IMG/VR virus record: IMGVR_UViG_3300020045_005886
Location: 1-27,419 of that record
Length of the DNA stretch: 27,419 bases
Strand: one strand, 5' to 3'
Origin: a virus
Taxonomy: Duplodnaviria; Caudoviricetes
This document shows, piece after piece, positions 1 through 8,794 of the stretch (its first letter is position 1; the number at the start of each line of letters is the position of its first letter). Below the pieces are notes generated by a model, which was given only the letters and a program-made list of their open reading frames with translations, ran no database searches and was not told the DNA's origin. The translations under genes were made by a program, and so were the position numbers.

Positions 1-129
1 CAATACAAGTCCGAACATTTTAGTTTACCCAAAGCATATAATAATTCTGATTGATAAAATTGAAAATATATCTCAACAGGGGGAGCAATGTTAGTTACCC
101 CACCACTAACACTTAAAAACAACAGGTAT

Positions 130-321
130 ATGGAAAAGCAATATGATGACAGAGGAATAACAATAGCAAATGAAAAGTGTATGCTCTCAGACCTGACAGA
201 ACGGGAACGATCAATTTATTTTGAAGGTGTTGGCGAAGGGTTAAATGAAGCTATAAAAATAGCTGTATTCTTTGCCTGTGTTATAGTTTTGCTTGTTTTC
301 TGTGTTGTGCTGTTAAATTAA
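130..321 (+). CDS. Hypothetical small protein with C-terminal hydrophobic helix
   Basis: ORF track gives 88..321; the ATG at 130 (MEKQYDD...) follows an A-rich leader and is the likelier start. C-terminal IAVFFACVIVLLVFCVVLL is TM-like. Converges on the lysis cassette. Confidence 0.55.
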   Translation: MEKQYDDRGITIANEKCMLSDLTERERSIYFEGVGEGLNEAIKIAVFFACVIVLLVFCVVLLN

Positions 322-344
322 TTGTATAGCTTACCAGGTAAATA

Positions 345-788
345 TCAAACATACCTGAGATACCCTACGATCTTATTACGTGGCCGTTGCCGCCTGCAGA
401 CCTCAATACCCTCACGGGACCCTGAATCGTTTGTATTGCCGTCAATGGTATAAATAAAGTTGTCATCTACCTTTTCAACAATCCCAGTATGGCCAAGTCC
501 TTTGCCGAAATTCATAATAAAAATATCTCCCGGCTGTGGCTCACCTGTAACCCGGTATTTCTTATCAGCTTCATTCCAGGCACGTAATACCCCGCCTGTT
601 TTAACCAATGGGTTATTTTCGGTACCATAGCACCAGTAAACAAATGCCATGCACCATGAAGCCGGGAACCCGATACCAACAGCCTTTAAATAATCCTGTA
701 CGGGCTTACCCCAATTACTGCCCAATGGGTTTTCATGTTGGCCAAGTTGACTTATGGCTACCTTAAGTGCTTTTTGTTGGAGTGTCAT
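345..788 (-). CDS. CHAP-domain endolysin
   Basis: WCMAFV (catalytic Cys), PQPGDIF, GHTGIV (catalytic His) and TIDGNT motifs; last gene of the lysis cassette. Confidence 0.9.
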   Translation of the reverse strand: MTLQQKALKVAISQLGQHENPLGSNWGKPVQDYLKAVGIGFPASWCMAFVYWCYGTENNPLVKTGGVLRAWNEADKKYRVTGEPQPGDIFIMNFGKGLGHTGIVEKVDDNFIYTIDGNTNDSGSREGIEVCRRQRPRNKIVGYLRYV

Positions 789-1309
789 ATAGATTTCATT
801 TTAATAGTTGTCATACGTCCCCAAAGTTTAATTACCTGCCACCCAATCAGTACCAATGCAATTACCCTCCAAATCCAGTTTTCCTTTGATTTCCGGCTTA
901 TTTTAACAGCCTGCTTATCATTGGACTCGGTGAGTTTTTTAACCGAGTCCAGGCAGGCTGTGGCCTCCACGTTAAGTATTTTCAACTTAGCACTATCCTC
1001 ATACCACTTAGTTATCGTTTGTGTCCTAACCGGCATATTTACTGGAACCTTAACGATGTTGGTCACTACGTTGTTTATGGTATCAAATCGTACCGTTTCA
1101 AAGGTTGTTGCAGTTACTTCCGGGCAGTCAATATAAACCAGGCTGTCTTTCCAAATAACGGCTGTATCAGGTTTAAGCAGGTCTGTGCATGGGTATTTGT
1201 CCCTGGCATACTTTGCTACAATAGCCGGGTCTTTCTTTTCGGCTTTATCTAAAAGTTCTTTAGCCGTGCTGCAGCCGGTAAGGATGAGTATTAATAGTAG
1301 GTATTTCAT
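785..1309 (-). CDS. Lipoprotein with C-terminal TM helix; putative unimolecular spanin
   Basis: N-terminal lipobox MKYLLLILILTG-C; C-terminal hydrophobic WIWRVIALVLIGWQVIKLW; ATGA overlap with the endolysin. Confidence 0.7.
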   Translation of the reverse strand: MKYLLLILILTGCSTAKELLDKAEKKDPAIVAKYARDKYPCTDLLKPDTAVIWKDSLVYIDCPEVTATTFETVRFDTINNVVTNIVKVPVNMPVRTQTITKWYEDSAKLKILNVEATACLDSVKKLTESNDKQAVKISRKSKENWIWRVIALVLIGWQVIKLWGRMTTIKMKSI

Positions 1310-1323
1310 AAATAAATATTATA

Positions 1324-1355
1324 TTTGGTTACTCCTTTATCACACTATAATTTTA
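1324..1355 (+). promoter_or_regulatory. Bacteroidota-type housekeeping promoter upstream of the tRNA-like element
   Basis: TTTG (1324-1327), 20 nt spacer, TAATTTTA (1348-1355), one base off the TAnnTTTG -7 consensus. Confidence 0.45.
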
Positions 1356-1395
1356 CAACAACGAAAATATCAACTTCCGAAAGGTCGTACAGGGT

Positions 1396-1466
1396 TGCGG
1401 GGTGTTTTAACGGTAGAATATCTGGCCCGTTACCCGAAGATGTAAGTTCAATTCTTACCCCCGCTT
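1396..1466 (+). tRNA. Degenerate tRNA or tRNA-like RNA resembling initiator tRNA-fMet; anticodon position reads CGT
   Basis: Acceptor GCGGGG/CCCCGC with a T1:T72 mismatch; D-loop GG; anticodon arm TCTGG-CCCGTTA-CCCGA; perfect T arm GTAAG-TTCAATT-CTTAC; followed by CCCA. Confidence 0.65.
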
Positions 1467-1473
1467 CCCATTT

Positions 1474-1722
1474 TCATGGTTTAGGATTTTCCTGTTCTTC
1501 CAACCTGCTTTTAGCGACAATATTCTTAGCCTGTTTTATATCATCTGTAAACAGGTTCTTTATCAGGTAAGCAACTAAACCGGATATTGCCGCAATGGTT
1601 ATCTGTGTCCAGTTAAACACAAGATTACCAGCCTCCAGGCTTGACTGAATGATGTACAATACCGGAACCAGTACCGCCATGATAGCTCCCTTTATGAAAT
1701 CTCTTAAATGTAGTTTGAACAT
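1474..1722 (-). CDS. Holin-like membrane protein (2 TM, charged C-tail)
   Basis: Two hydrophobic segments and a highly charged C-terminus; lies in the lysis cassette. Confidence 0.65.
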   Translation of the reverse strand: MFKLHLRDFIKGAIMAVLVPVLYIIQSSLEAGNLVFNWTQITIAAISGLVAYLIKNLFTDDIKQAKNIVAKSRLEEQENPKP

Positions 1723-1727
1723 GATGT

Positions 1728-2078
1728 TTATTTTTTAGTTTTATTATTAGTAATACCCGAAATGAATCTAAAAGTTAATGCTTTCCAGTGTGTCATAAGA
1801 TAAACAATAATACTTTCACCCAATAAAGTTGCAACAGGGCAAATCCAGCCTATATATGAAATATGCCCGGTTTGTTCGCAAATCTGAGCTGCAACGAAGC
1901 CGCAGAAAATACTTAGCACTGTTTTTATTATGATGGATCTTCGTGTCAATTTTACCTGTCTGCTGTCAAAAGCAAGTTTAGCAAACACCCCGATTGAAAT
2001 ATAGGCAAGCCATGTAAGTATCTTACCAGCTCCCTGTACTATTTCCTGCCAGACTGATGGTTCGTTGTGGTTGCCCAT
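1728..2078 (-). CDS. Holin-like membrane protein (about 3 TM)
   Basis: Three hydrophobic segments and a basic C-terminus; lies in the lysis cassette. Confidence 0.65.
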   Translation of the reverse strand: MGNHNEPSVWQEIVQGAGKILTWLAYISIGVFAKLAFDSRQVKLTRRSIIIKTVLSIFCGFVAAQICEQTGHISYIGWICPVATLLGESIIVYLMTHWKALTFRFISGITNNKTKK

Positions 2079-2380
2079 TTGATTATTTTATAAATTAAAA
2101 ATATTGTAACAATGCCACCCCAAACGTAATCATTTATCTGTTTTAAAGTATCTGTATAAAAAACCTGTTTTACCAGGTTGCCATAGGATAATAAAACAAG
2201 GTATTCTAAAAAAATATGGTACACCTTATTGTTTTTATCAACATTACGCTTTACAAATGTCAACAGGCTTATAAAAAATACAGCCTGTGGTATATACAAT
2301 ACTTTCTGTTCATCGAACAATGGCCATGTTGCATTACCTACAACAAAACAAATACCCGAAATGATAATAAGTTTTATCAT
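2039..2380 (-). CDS. Membrane protein (about 4 TM), function unknown
   Basis: Four hydrophobic stretches; overlaps the downstream holin-like gene. Confidence 0.7.
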   Translation of the reverse strand: MIKLIIISGICFVVGNATWPLFDEQKVLYIPQAVFFISLLTFVKRNVDKNNKVYHIFLEYLVLLSYGNLVKQVFYTDTLKQINDYVWGGIVTIFLIYKIIKWATTTNHQSGRK

Positions 2381-2556
2381 CTCGGAGTTTTAGGGTTTGG
2401 CCCTACGAACTCATGACAAACACCTGTCGAGGTTGAAAAGTAAGTGGCCATATTTGCCGCTTCCAATTCCGTTGCGTATTCCAAAACCTCACCGGCTTCA
2501 TTTTCTACAAATGATCCTGTTTCTTTGTTTCTGATGTTGTAAACTTCGTTTGGCAT
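2377..2556 (-). CDS. Small acidic protein (59 aa), absent from the ORF track
   Basis: Manual translation MPNEVYNIRNKETGSFVENEAGEVLEYATELEAANMATYFSTSTGVCHEFVGPNPKTPR*; fills the gap exactly, with an ATGA overlap with the next gene. Confidence 0.7.
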   Translation of the reverse strand: MPNEVYNIRNKETGSFVENEAGEVLEYATELEAANMATYFSTSTGVCHEFVGPNPKTPR

Positions 2557-2573
2557 AACATTTATTTTAAAGA

Positions 2574-3941
2574 TTAATGAATACTATTTTTCCGCCTTAC
2601 CCTGTTTATATAGCAGTTATTGAACTCGTAGGCCCCCAAATCCGGCGCTGTAGAACAATAAGGCAACTGCTTATAAACACCGGCATTTATAAGGTCGCTT
2701 GTGCTGGCCAGCCTTAGAAACGCTAACCCGGGTAAGCTGCCATCTGCATTCCGGGCCCCGTCCATGCCGGTTGAGCTCACACTTTGAAAATCTGCATCGG
2801 TTACAGTAACACCTCCATCCCATGTGTTATTTGAACCACCTACATTACCGCCCGATTCATCCAAATCCCCGGCAACATTGTCGTATGAAATATTGTTATA
2901 AAAAGGTTGTGCGTAGCTTGGATACCAGTCAAACCAAAAACCAAGATTGCCATTTTTGTATGCTATACAATTAATAATGCTCATTTGCGTTTCGGCTGTT
3001 TGTTGTGAGAATCCATCTGTTCTGTTTTCAAATGCCAGACAGTTGGATAATATTCTTGTTACCTGTACTTTTGGAACTGTGGTAGTTGGGCCAAGTTTCC
3101 AACCCTTACCGCCGCCTGCCCCACCGGTGGTGAATGTGCCGGGGATATAGCCATTCCAAAAAGACTGGCAGCCAAGGTATGTAATAACCACATCGGTATT
3201 AAAATTATCGTACCCGTCATCACTATTCCATATTGCCCTGCATGCTATAAAAGTTGCATCTATATTAGTTACACCTCCGTTTATTCCAAAACCATCGGCT
3301 CCACCATATTCATCACCGGGACTATTGGGATCTGCATTGTTATCGCTGTCGCAATTAATAAACACAAGGTTTAATGTATTGCTGCCGACCTGGAATCCGG
3401 TACCACCCATATGGTCTGCCCTGCTGTTTTCTATACGAATAAAATTAGATTCCTGTATTGCCCACCCCCGGCTTACCCCGGCTCCGGTTGAGATTTGATC
3501 TAAACCTGTAACCCTCAGCCCTTTTACAATTAAGTAGCTGCAAAATTCTATAAATATAACAAACGCATCATTGGTTGTTATTACCGAATCGTTGAAATTA
3601 AAAACAGGCGTTTCGCTTGGGTAATTCTGTATGGTTATAGGCAGGGCCGCCGTACCGTTAATGTTATCCCAGTAACAATGTTGGAATACACCCATGCCTT
3701 TTGTTGGGTAATAATCGCCACCACGTATGTAACCGATATCTCCGGGTGTAAGTACATCACGTAACTTCTCCCATGTTTTATATGGGTTACCAATACTACC
3801 GTCTCCTGTTGCATCATTACCGGTGGTTGCTACATACCAGGATGAAAAAACATATCGCCCCGATTCAAACGGGTTATTATTGGTATGCCTTGCAGTTGCG
3901 GTGAAGCTGGTAAGTAGTAATATGGTTAGTATATATTTCAT
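2574..3941 (-). CDS. Right-handed beta-helix protein, polysaccharide lyase family 9-like, with signal peptide
   Basis: YVATTGND..GDGSIGNPYKT start of domain; GADGF, NSDDGYD and GKGWKLG motifs typical of PL9; C-terminal PDLGAYE; N-terminal MKYILTILLLTSFTATA. Confidence 0.75.
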   Translation of the reverse strand: MKYILTILLLTSFTATARHTNNNPFESGRYVFSSWYVATTGNDATGDGSIGNPYKTWEKLRDVLTPGDIGYIRGGDYYPTKGMGVFQHCYWDNINGTAALPITIQNYPSETPVFNFNDSVITTNDAFVIFIEFCSYLIVKGLRVTGLDQISTGAGVSRGWAIQESNFIRIENSRADHMGGTGFQVGSNTLNLVFINCDSDNNADPNSPGDEYGGADGFGINGGVTNIDATFIACRAIWNSDDGYDNFNTDVVITYLGCQSFWNGYIPGTFTTGGAGGGKGWKLGPTTTVPKVQVTRILSNCLAFENRTDGFSQQTAETQMSIINCIAYKNGNLGFWFDWYPSYAQPFYNNISYDNVAGDLDESGGNVGGSNNTWDGGVTVTDADFQSVSSTGMDGARNADGSLPGLAFLRLASTSDLINAGVYKQLPYCSTAPDLGAYEFNNCYINRVRRKNSIH

Positions 3942-6900
3942 TAATTTACTGATCCCTGTGTATGAAATGTATTTGTTCCCAATTTAACAAACTGTATAAA
4001 AGACCCGGCTTTCATCAGGTTTGTACCGCCGGGGTTTGCACTAAAATTTATTTGCGGCGTAACGGTACCGCCGGCATTCATGTATATTCTGCCTTTAAAA
4101 TATATATCCACGCCTGCAGTTGTTGATGCTGCCGTTACAACGGTTGAAGCTACTTGCTGCATAGATGCCATCCCTTGCGCTGTTGCTGTTGCATTGGCTA
4201 CAACGTTTGCTCCGATAACTGATATATTTATCAGCGTCACAGATGCACCGCCACCCAAGGCAAAGGCAATACCTGTGGTTTTTGAGGTGGTACCTGTGGT
4301 CATAAAGTAGTGCCCCTCTATCTCGTATGCTGTGGAGGCGCTTAGTGTCCATACATCAGCCGTTGACGGAAAGCAAGTCTGTACACCACTGGCAGCAGAC
4401 AGCGTGAAATCTGAGGTTAATGTTGCGCCTTGTGTTGCTTTAACAGCAGCGTTCTCTGTTGCATTCAATGCCAGTGTAAATACCCCGGCCGCATTACGTG
4501 AAAAATCACCGCTTACCGGCGTTGTTTGTGCCACACCAACCGGGATATTTAAAGCCACCTGCGTTGCTGTAGGGGCTTCAAAGTTTATCGTTTTGGCAGT
4601 GCCTATGCCTATGTTAAGATTAGTAGAATACGATGTTTTCCATACCCCTGCTGCTGTACTCACGTCGGTTACCTCTACAAATAATTCGGCATTGGCTGCA
4701 ACGGTTTGTACTAATGTACCACCATTTTTATTAATGGTTATAATACCTGTGCTGGTATTGGGGAATGTGTAACTCATTCCGGCAGTTAACGTCGTTGCAT
4801 CCGGAAGCGTGTAGGTGTGCGTTGTGGTTCCGGTTGTGTATTGAGTTTGCTTACTGGATACGGTTAATGTGGTTGTTCCGGCGCTCGACACTGTGGTTGC
4901 ATATGTACCAGTAACATTGTTAAATGCCAGTATATTATTTGCATCCCTTTCAGCTATTGTTGAAGCTGTATTGGCTGATGTTGATGTAGTGAGTTTGGTT
5001 AACTGGGCCGCTGTAATATTTGCAGCCGGGGTTTCAAAGGTATAATTACTTGCTGATGTATTAGCTGTTGAATAAGTTGTAATACCTGTGAAGGTACCTT
5101 TCATTGCCAGCTTATCTTTGTCGAATGTTTTCAATCCGGTAACAGATTGAACAGATGCTAAAACCATATCACCGCCACCGGCAATGGCTGTCCATGTTCC
5201 ATCTGCTTTAAGATACTTATTTGCTGCTGCATCACCTGCTGCCGGTGCTGGCACTAATCCCTTTGCCCCGCCAGCCCCTGCATCACCTACCACGTTTATT
5301 AAAAGTGCTGTTGCCTGTGTTGGGGTACGGCTGGCCCAGGCACTTGCATTGGCGATCATAAAATTATCTGATGTTGGTGTAAGCCCTGCAATGGTTGTTA
5401 AATTGCTATTTAGAGGCTGGTATAATGAGCCAAATGTAGAACCCCCGATAGTTGTGCTGGTTGATAAATCAAAAGTTGGTGTATTACCTGCTGTCAAAGT
5501 ACCAAACGTGGTATAAGCAGCACCGTCAACATCATAAGCCTGTAATAGTAATGTATTGGCCGCTGATGTCCTAGTTCTTAATCCTGCCCCTGTTGGCATT
5601 GTTAATCCTGTAGCCTGCAATGTTTTCACTCCATCCATGTAAAGGCTTGCACCTGTCATGTACACATCCCTCCATTGCTTTGTTGCGCTACCCAAATCAA
5701 TGGCATCATCTGTTGCCGGTAATAATGATGTGTTGATTGCAACGGCTGAAAGATTTGAAAGGGCTGTATTTGCGCCTGATCCGCCTGCGGGTATAGCCCT
5801 CATTCCAACATCCCCGGTTGACTTACGCCATACCATCATTGAATCATCGGTATTGCCTGAATAGTTTAAAGTGTCATAATTAACAATACCTGTATTGGGA
5901 GTTTGTATAATACCTGCATCACTTACTTTTATTGCCGAACCATGTGAAGGTCTTCCTCCCTTTATAGTCGTAGATGAATCAATGCCGGCTAATATAACAT
6001 AAGCTAAATCGGCACTTGAATTATCTCTTAATTCAATACCCATTGTGCTATCAGGTAAACTTTTTATTAACTGTTCTTTGGCACCGTTCTCACTATATAC
6101 TTGAAATTGATATCCACTATGCGTAAATGACCTGTTCTGTGCGGCTGTTGCATCTTCTCCGCTTACACCGAATCTTAAAGAAGAACTACCTGCTGTACTA
6201 TCAGACCTGAAAACAGTGCCGTTTGCATCCATCATAAGCCTGTAAGCGGCAACGCCTGTAGGTAGTCCCGAAAACCGAACACCACGTTTACCCCAAATGC
6301 CGTTTAATACCTGCAATGAGCTATCGGCTGTTACATCGCTCCCAATGTTAAGTCTTGCGCCAGCCCGTACATCATACAGGTAATGTTTGTTACTGCCATT
6401 ATCATAACTACCGTAATTATCACCTGTCGCTTTTGTTAACGCATTCCAATATAAACCATACGTGTTTGACACCAAAGAGCTGGATCCCTCATATTCAAGG
6501 ATCCTAATACCAAACCTGTTACTTGCTGACCCCCCTGCGTAGATGTATGGGTGGCTTTCAATACCTACTAAGCTGGTTACGGGGGAAATAACCTGCGTGT
6601 TATCTAAATGAGCCCATGCAGTAGCTAATGTGCCTGAAGGCTTATTAATTATCTGTCTTGACTGAAATCCAACCATTTCTACTGAGGCGCCGGCTGACCC
6701 TAATTCAGCTTCTGCATCAAAACTGGCAGTACCCGTTACAGTACCCGTTATAACAGTTTTATCCCTTACTCCATGGGTGCCATTGGGTTCATTTATCGTT
6801 CCTTGTATCAATATTCTTGCATCATTTGTACCGCCTCCATCTGTATTTGAATTAACTATTAATTTAGGTGCTGTAACAATACCTGTACCTACAGCAAAAG

Positions 6901-7453
6901 TTAATGTTGAAGATCCTGTTAATAAGTTGCTTCCATCCCCATAACCCAATCGTGTTGCTGTAAGCGATGGAACATTATTTGTTAACATTGTTTGCGTCGC
7001 CACCTTACCCGCCGATGTGTCAACCGTTAATGTCTGGGATGACTTTATAAGTCCCCAGCCTGCAGTATTTACATAAGGCCCAAGCATAGCAGCGGTATCG
7101 GAAATGTTTACCTTTAAATTTATCCGGTTGCTTAGTGAGGCGGTGTCTGTGGAGCCACCGGAACCTGTGCTGTCTTTGACTGGTATTATATTACCAGCAA
7201 TTATATAATATATTGAATCAATGCCCTCCACCCTGTATATAGTATCAACTGCTGCACCGGTACCAACAATCTTTTTCATAATAAGTTTACCCTCTGTATT
7301 GGTACTAAGTACAGAATCCAACAGGCCGTTATTTTTATAACGTGACATTTGAACGCTGTCAGTAAATCGCTGTTTACCTACAATTTTTTGCGGGAAATCC
7401 TGTGCTGATGCAAAAACACTTATAAACAACAATAATATCGTTAGCCTGATCAT
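3941..7453 (-). CDS. Large mosaic tail-fibre-like protein with Sec signal peptide
   Basis: Thr/Gly/Ala/Ser-rich; fibre-type modules ANTALSNL...DLGSATKQWRDVY and KGLVPAPAAGD..KYLKADGTW; follows the baseplate genes; begins MIRLTILLLFISVFASA-Q. Confidence 0.7.
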   Translation of the reverse strand: MIRLTILLLFISVFASAQDFPQKIVGKQRFTDSVQMSRYKNNGLLDSVLSTNTEGKLIMKKIVGTGAAVDTIYRVEGIDSIYYIIAGNIIPVKDSTGSGGSTDTASLSNRINLKVNISDTAAMLGPYVNTAGWGLIKSSQTLTVDTSAGKVATQTMLTNNVPSLTATRLGYGDGSNLLTGSSTLTFAVGTGIVTAPKLIVNSNTDGGGTNDARILIQGTINEPNGTHGVRDKTVITGTVTGTASFDAEAELGSAGASVEMVGFQSRQIINKPSGTLATAWAHLDNTQVISPVTSLVGIESHPYIYAGGSASNRFGIRILEYEGSSSLVSNTYGLYWNALTKATGDNYGSYDNGSNKHYLYDVRAGARLNIGSDVTADSSLQVLNGIWGKRGVRFSGLPTGVAAYRLMMDANGTVFRSDSTAGSSSLRFGVSGEDATAAQNRSFTHSGYQFQVYSENGAKEQLIKSLPDSTMGIELRDNSSADLAYVILAGIDSSTTIKGGRPSHGSAIKVSDAGIIQTPNTGIVNYDTLNYSGNTDDSMMVWRKSTGDVGMRAIPAGGSGANTALSNLSAVAINTSLLPATDDAIDLGSATKQWRDVYMTGASLYMDGVKTLQATGLTMPTGAGLRTRTSAANTLLLQAYDVDGAAYTTFGTLTAGNTPTFDLSTSTTIGGSTFGSLYQPLNSNLTTIAGLTPTSDNFMIANASAWASRTPTQATALLINVVGDAGAGGAKGLVPAPAAGDAAANKYLKADGTWTAIAGGGDMVLASVQSVTGLKTFDKDKLAMKGTFTGITTYSTANTSASNYTFETPAANITAAQLTKLTTSTSANTASTIAERDANNILAFNNVTGTYATTVSSAGTTTLTVSSKQTQYTTGTTTHTYTLPDATTLTAGMSYTFPNTSTGIITINKNGGTLVQTVAANAELFVEVTDVSTAAGVWKTSYSTNLNIGIGTAKTINFEAPTATQVALNIPVGVAQTTPVSGDFSRNAAGVFTLALNATENAAVKATQGATLTSDFTLSAASGVQTCFPSTADVWTLSASTAYEIEGHYFMTTGTTSKTTGIAFALGGGASVTLINISVIGANVVANATATAQGMASMQQVASTVVTAASTTAGVDIYFKGRIYMNAGGTVTPQINFSANPGGTNLMKAGSFIQFVKLGTNTFHTQGSVN

Positions 7454-7794
7454 AAAGTGGTTTTTTTAATTTTGTAAATAATACTTACTAATTGCCCCTG
7501 GTACGTTTCAACATAAGCCGGGTCTGTTGGCGAAACAACCGGGTTACCAAGTACCAATATCCTCGATGTACCATTCCAACTCCACTGAGCTACCCTTAAC
7601 GGCTTTACTTCAAGCTCTACCTGCACAATCTCAGCACCGACCGGGATTCCAGGCAAAGATATTGTGTTCTCGCCATCAACAGTGATAACATAATCATACG
7701 GGTAATCTTCAGAATAGTAAATCATGTTGTCAAAGTTTGTGGGATTCTTTTCCCGTGTTGCATATTTAACAGGTATATCATTCGCTTGTAGCAT
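7450..7794 (-). CDS. Hypothetical beta-rich structural protein
   Basis: Overlaps both neighbours in the tail module; no recognised motif. Confidence 0.6.
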   Translation of the reverse strand: MLQANDIPVKYATREKNPTNFDNMIYYSEDYPYDYVITVDGENTISLPGIPVGAEIVQVELEVKPLRVAQWSWNGTSRILVLGNPVVSPTDPAYVETYQGQLVSIIYKIKKTTL

Positions 7795-7999
7795 ATTTTA
7801 TTGTTGCATTTTTTTGAACTGCCAGCCCGTAAACCAAAGTATCATCATAAACAAATACCTGTCCCGCCGACGGGTAAGTATTAACCCCTTCAAAATTATT
7901 ATCTACCATAAGCTTTACAAGGTAATCCAGGTTACCGTATGTATTTAAGCAAACGTCATAAATGGTACTCATATCAACAGCCCTGAATTCTCTTATCAT
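7778..7999 (-). CDS. LysM-like baseplate protein (P2 gpX-like)
   Basis: TIYDVCLNTYGNLD..VKLMVDN pattern; 73 aa; follows the wedge gene. Confidence 0.65.
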   Translation of the reverse strand: MIREFRAVDMSTIYDVCLNTYGNLDYLVKLMVDNNFEGVNTYPSAGQVFVYDDTLVYGLAVQKNATIKYATSE

Positions 8000-8289
8000 G
8001 ATAAAGTAGCATTTGGGTTAATAAATAATTTGCCATTGGCATCAAACCTGACCTCCGGGTTTGTAACAACATACAGGTCAGATTGAAGCTGTACTGAAAT
8101 TGACCGGGCTAATACCTGTGCCTGCCCGTCTGAGTTAAGATAAGCCCTGATATTAACCCCGTCCGATGGGTTTTCCTTCCACCACCCCGGAGCCGCATTA
8201 ATAGTGTCCTGTACATGCTGTACATCACTTAAAACATACTGTATATCGTTATTCACAACTTCAATTAATATATCTTTCCGGTTATCCAT
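7996..8289 (-). CDS. Baseplate wedge / sheath initiator (gp25/gpW-like)
   Basis: QHVQDTI.A.PGWWKENP..GV motif; 97 aa; follows the spike gene. Confidence 0.65.
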   Translation of the reverse strand: MDNRKDILIEVVNNDIQYVLSDVQHVQDTINAAPGWWKENPSDGVNIRAYLNSDGQAQVLARSISVQLQSDLYVVTNPEVRFDANGKLFINPNATLS

Positions 8290-8794
8290 GCGTTATTTTA
8301 TCATTTTCAATATCCGCTCTTTGCGTTGGTGTGATCGTACCTGTCTCTATCGCTGTTGTTACCGCTGTTGAACTACTGCCTGATGTAACCCCCGCATGTG
8401 TATGCGTGTTGTATTTTGTGATTAAATCGTTCAAAAGTTCCTCTAAGTTATTTAATTTTTCTGTTAATTCAATGACTTTAACCATACCGCCTAAATCGCC
8501 GCCCCTGAAAACTATTTTTTCAATTTCGCTGTACTGAATAACAGCAGGTATTGTAAAGTCTGATCCTGAAATTACAACCGTGCTCCCCACAACGGGTACG
8601 GCTAATATACCGTCATCAACTGAAGCCATAAGCCGGGCAGTAAATTCATTGCCAACTTTTCCGGACAAGGCAATAACAACGCATGTACGGGCCTGCTCAT
8701 CCACAGTTTTTACTTCCGCATCTATAAAATACAGCCTGTCCGATAAGTTATTGCCTGTCAAAATATTTATTGCGTCTTTTATATCCCTGCTCAT
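8282..8794 (-). CDS. Baseplate central spike (gpV-like)
   Basis: N-terminal OB-fold-like segment (VPVVGSTVV) and C-terminal YNTHTH metal-binding motif. Confidence 0.8.
   Translation of the reverse strand: MSRDIKDAINILTGNNLSDRLYFIDAEVKTVDEQARTCVVIALSGKVGNEFTARLMASVDDGILAVPVVGSTVVISGSDFTIPAVIQYSEIEKIVFRGGDLGGMVKVIELTEKLNNLEELLNDLITKYNTHTHAGVTSGSSSTAVTTAIETGTITPTQRADIENDKITHG

Noticed and set aside
7795-7820. A7 run near the end of the LysM-like gene as a frameshift into the next gene
   Set aside because: The required frame hits TAA before reaching the downstream ORF.
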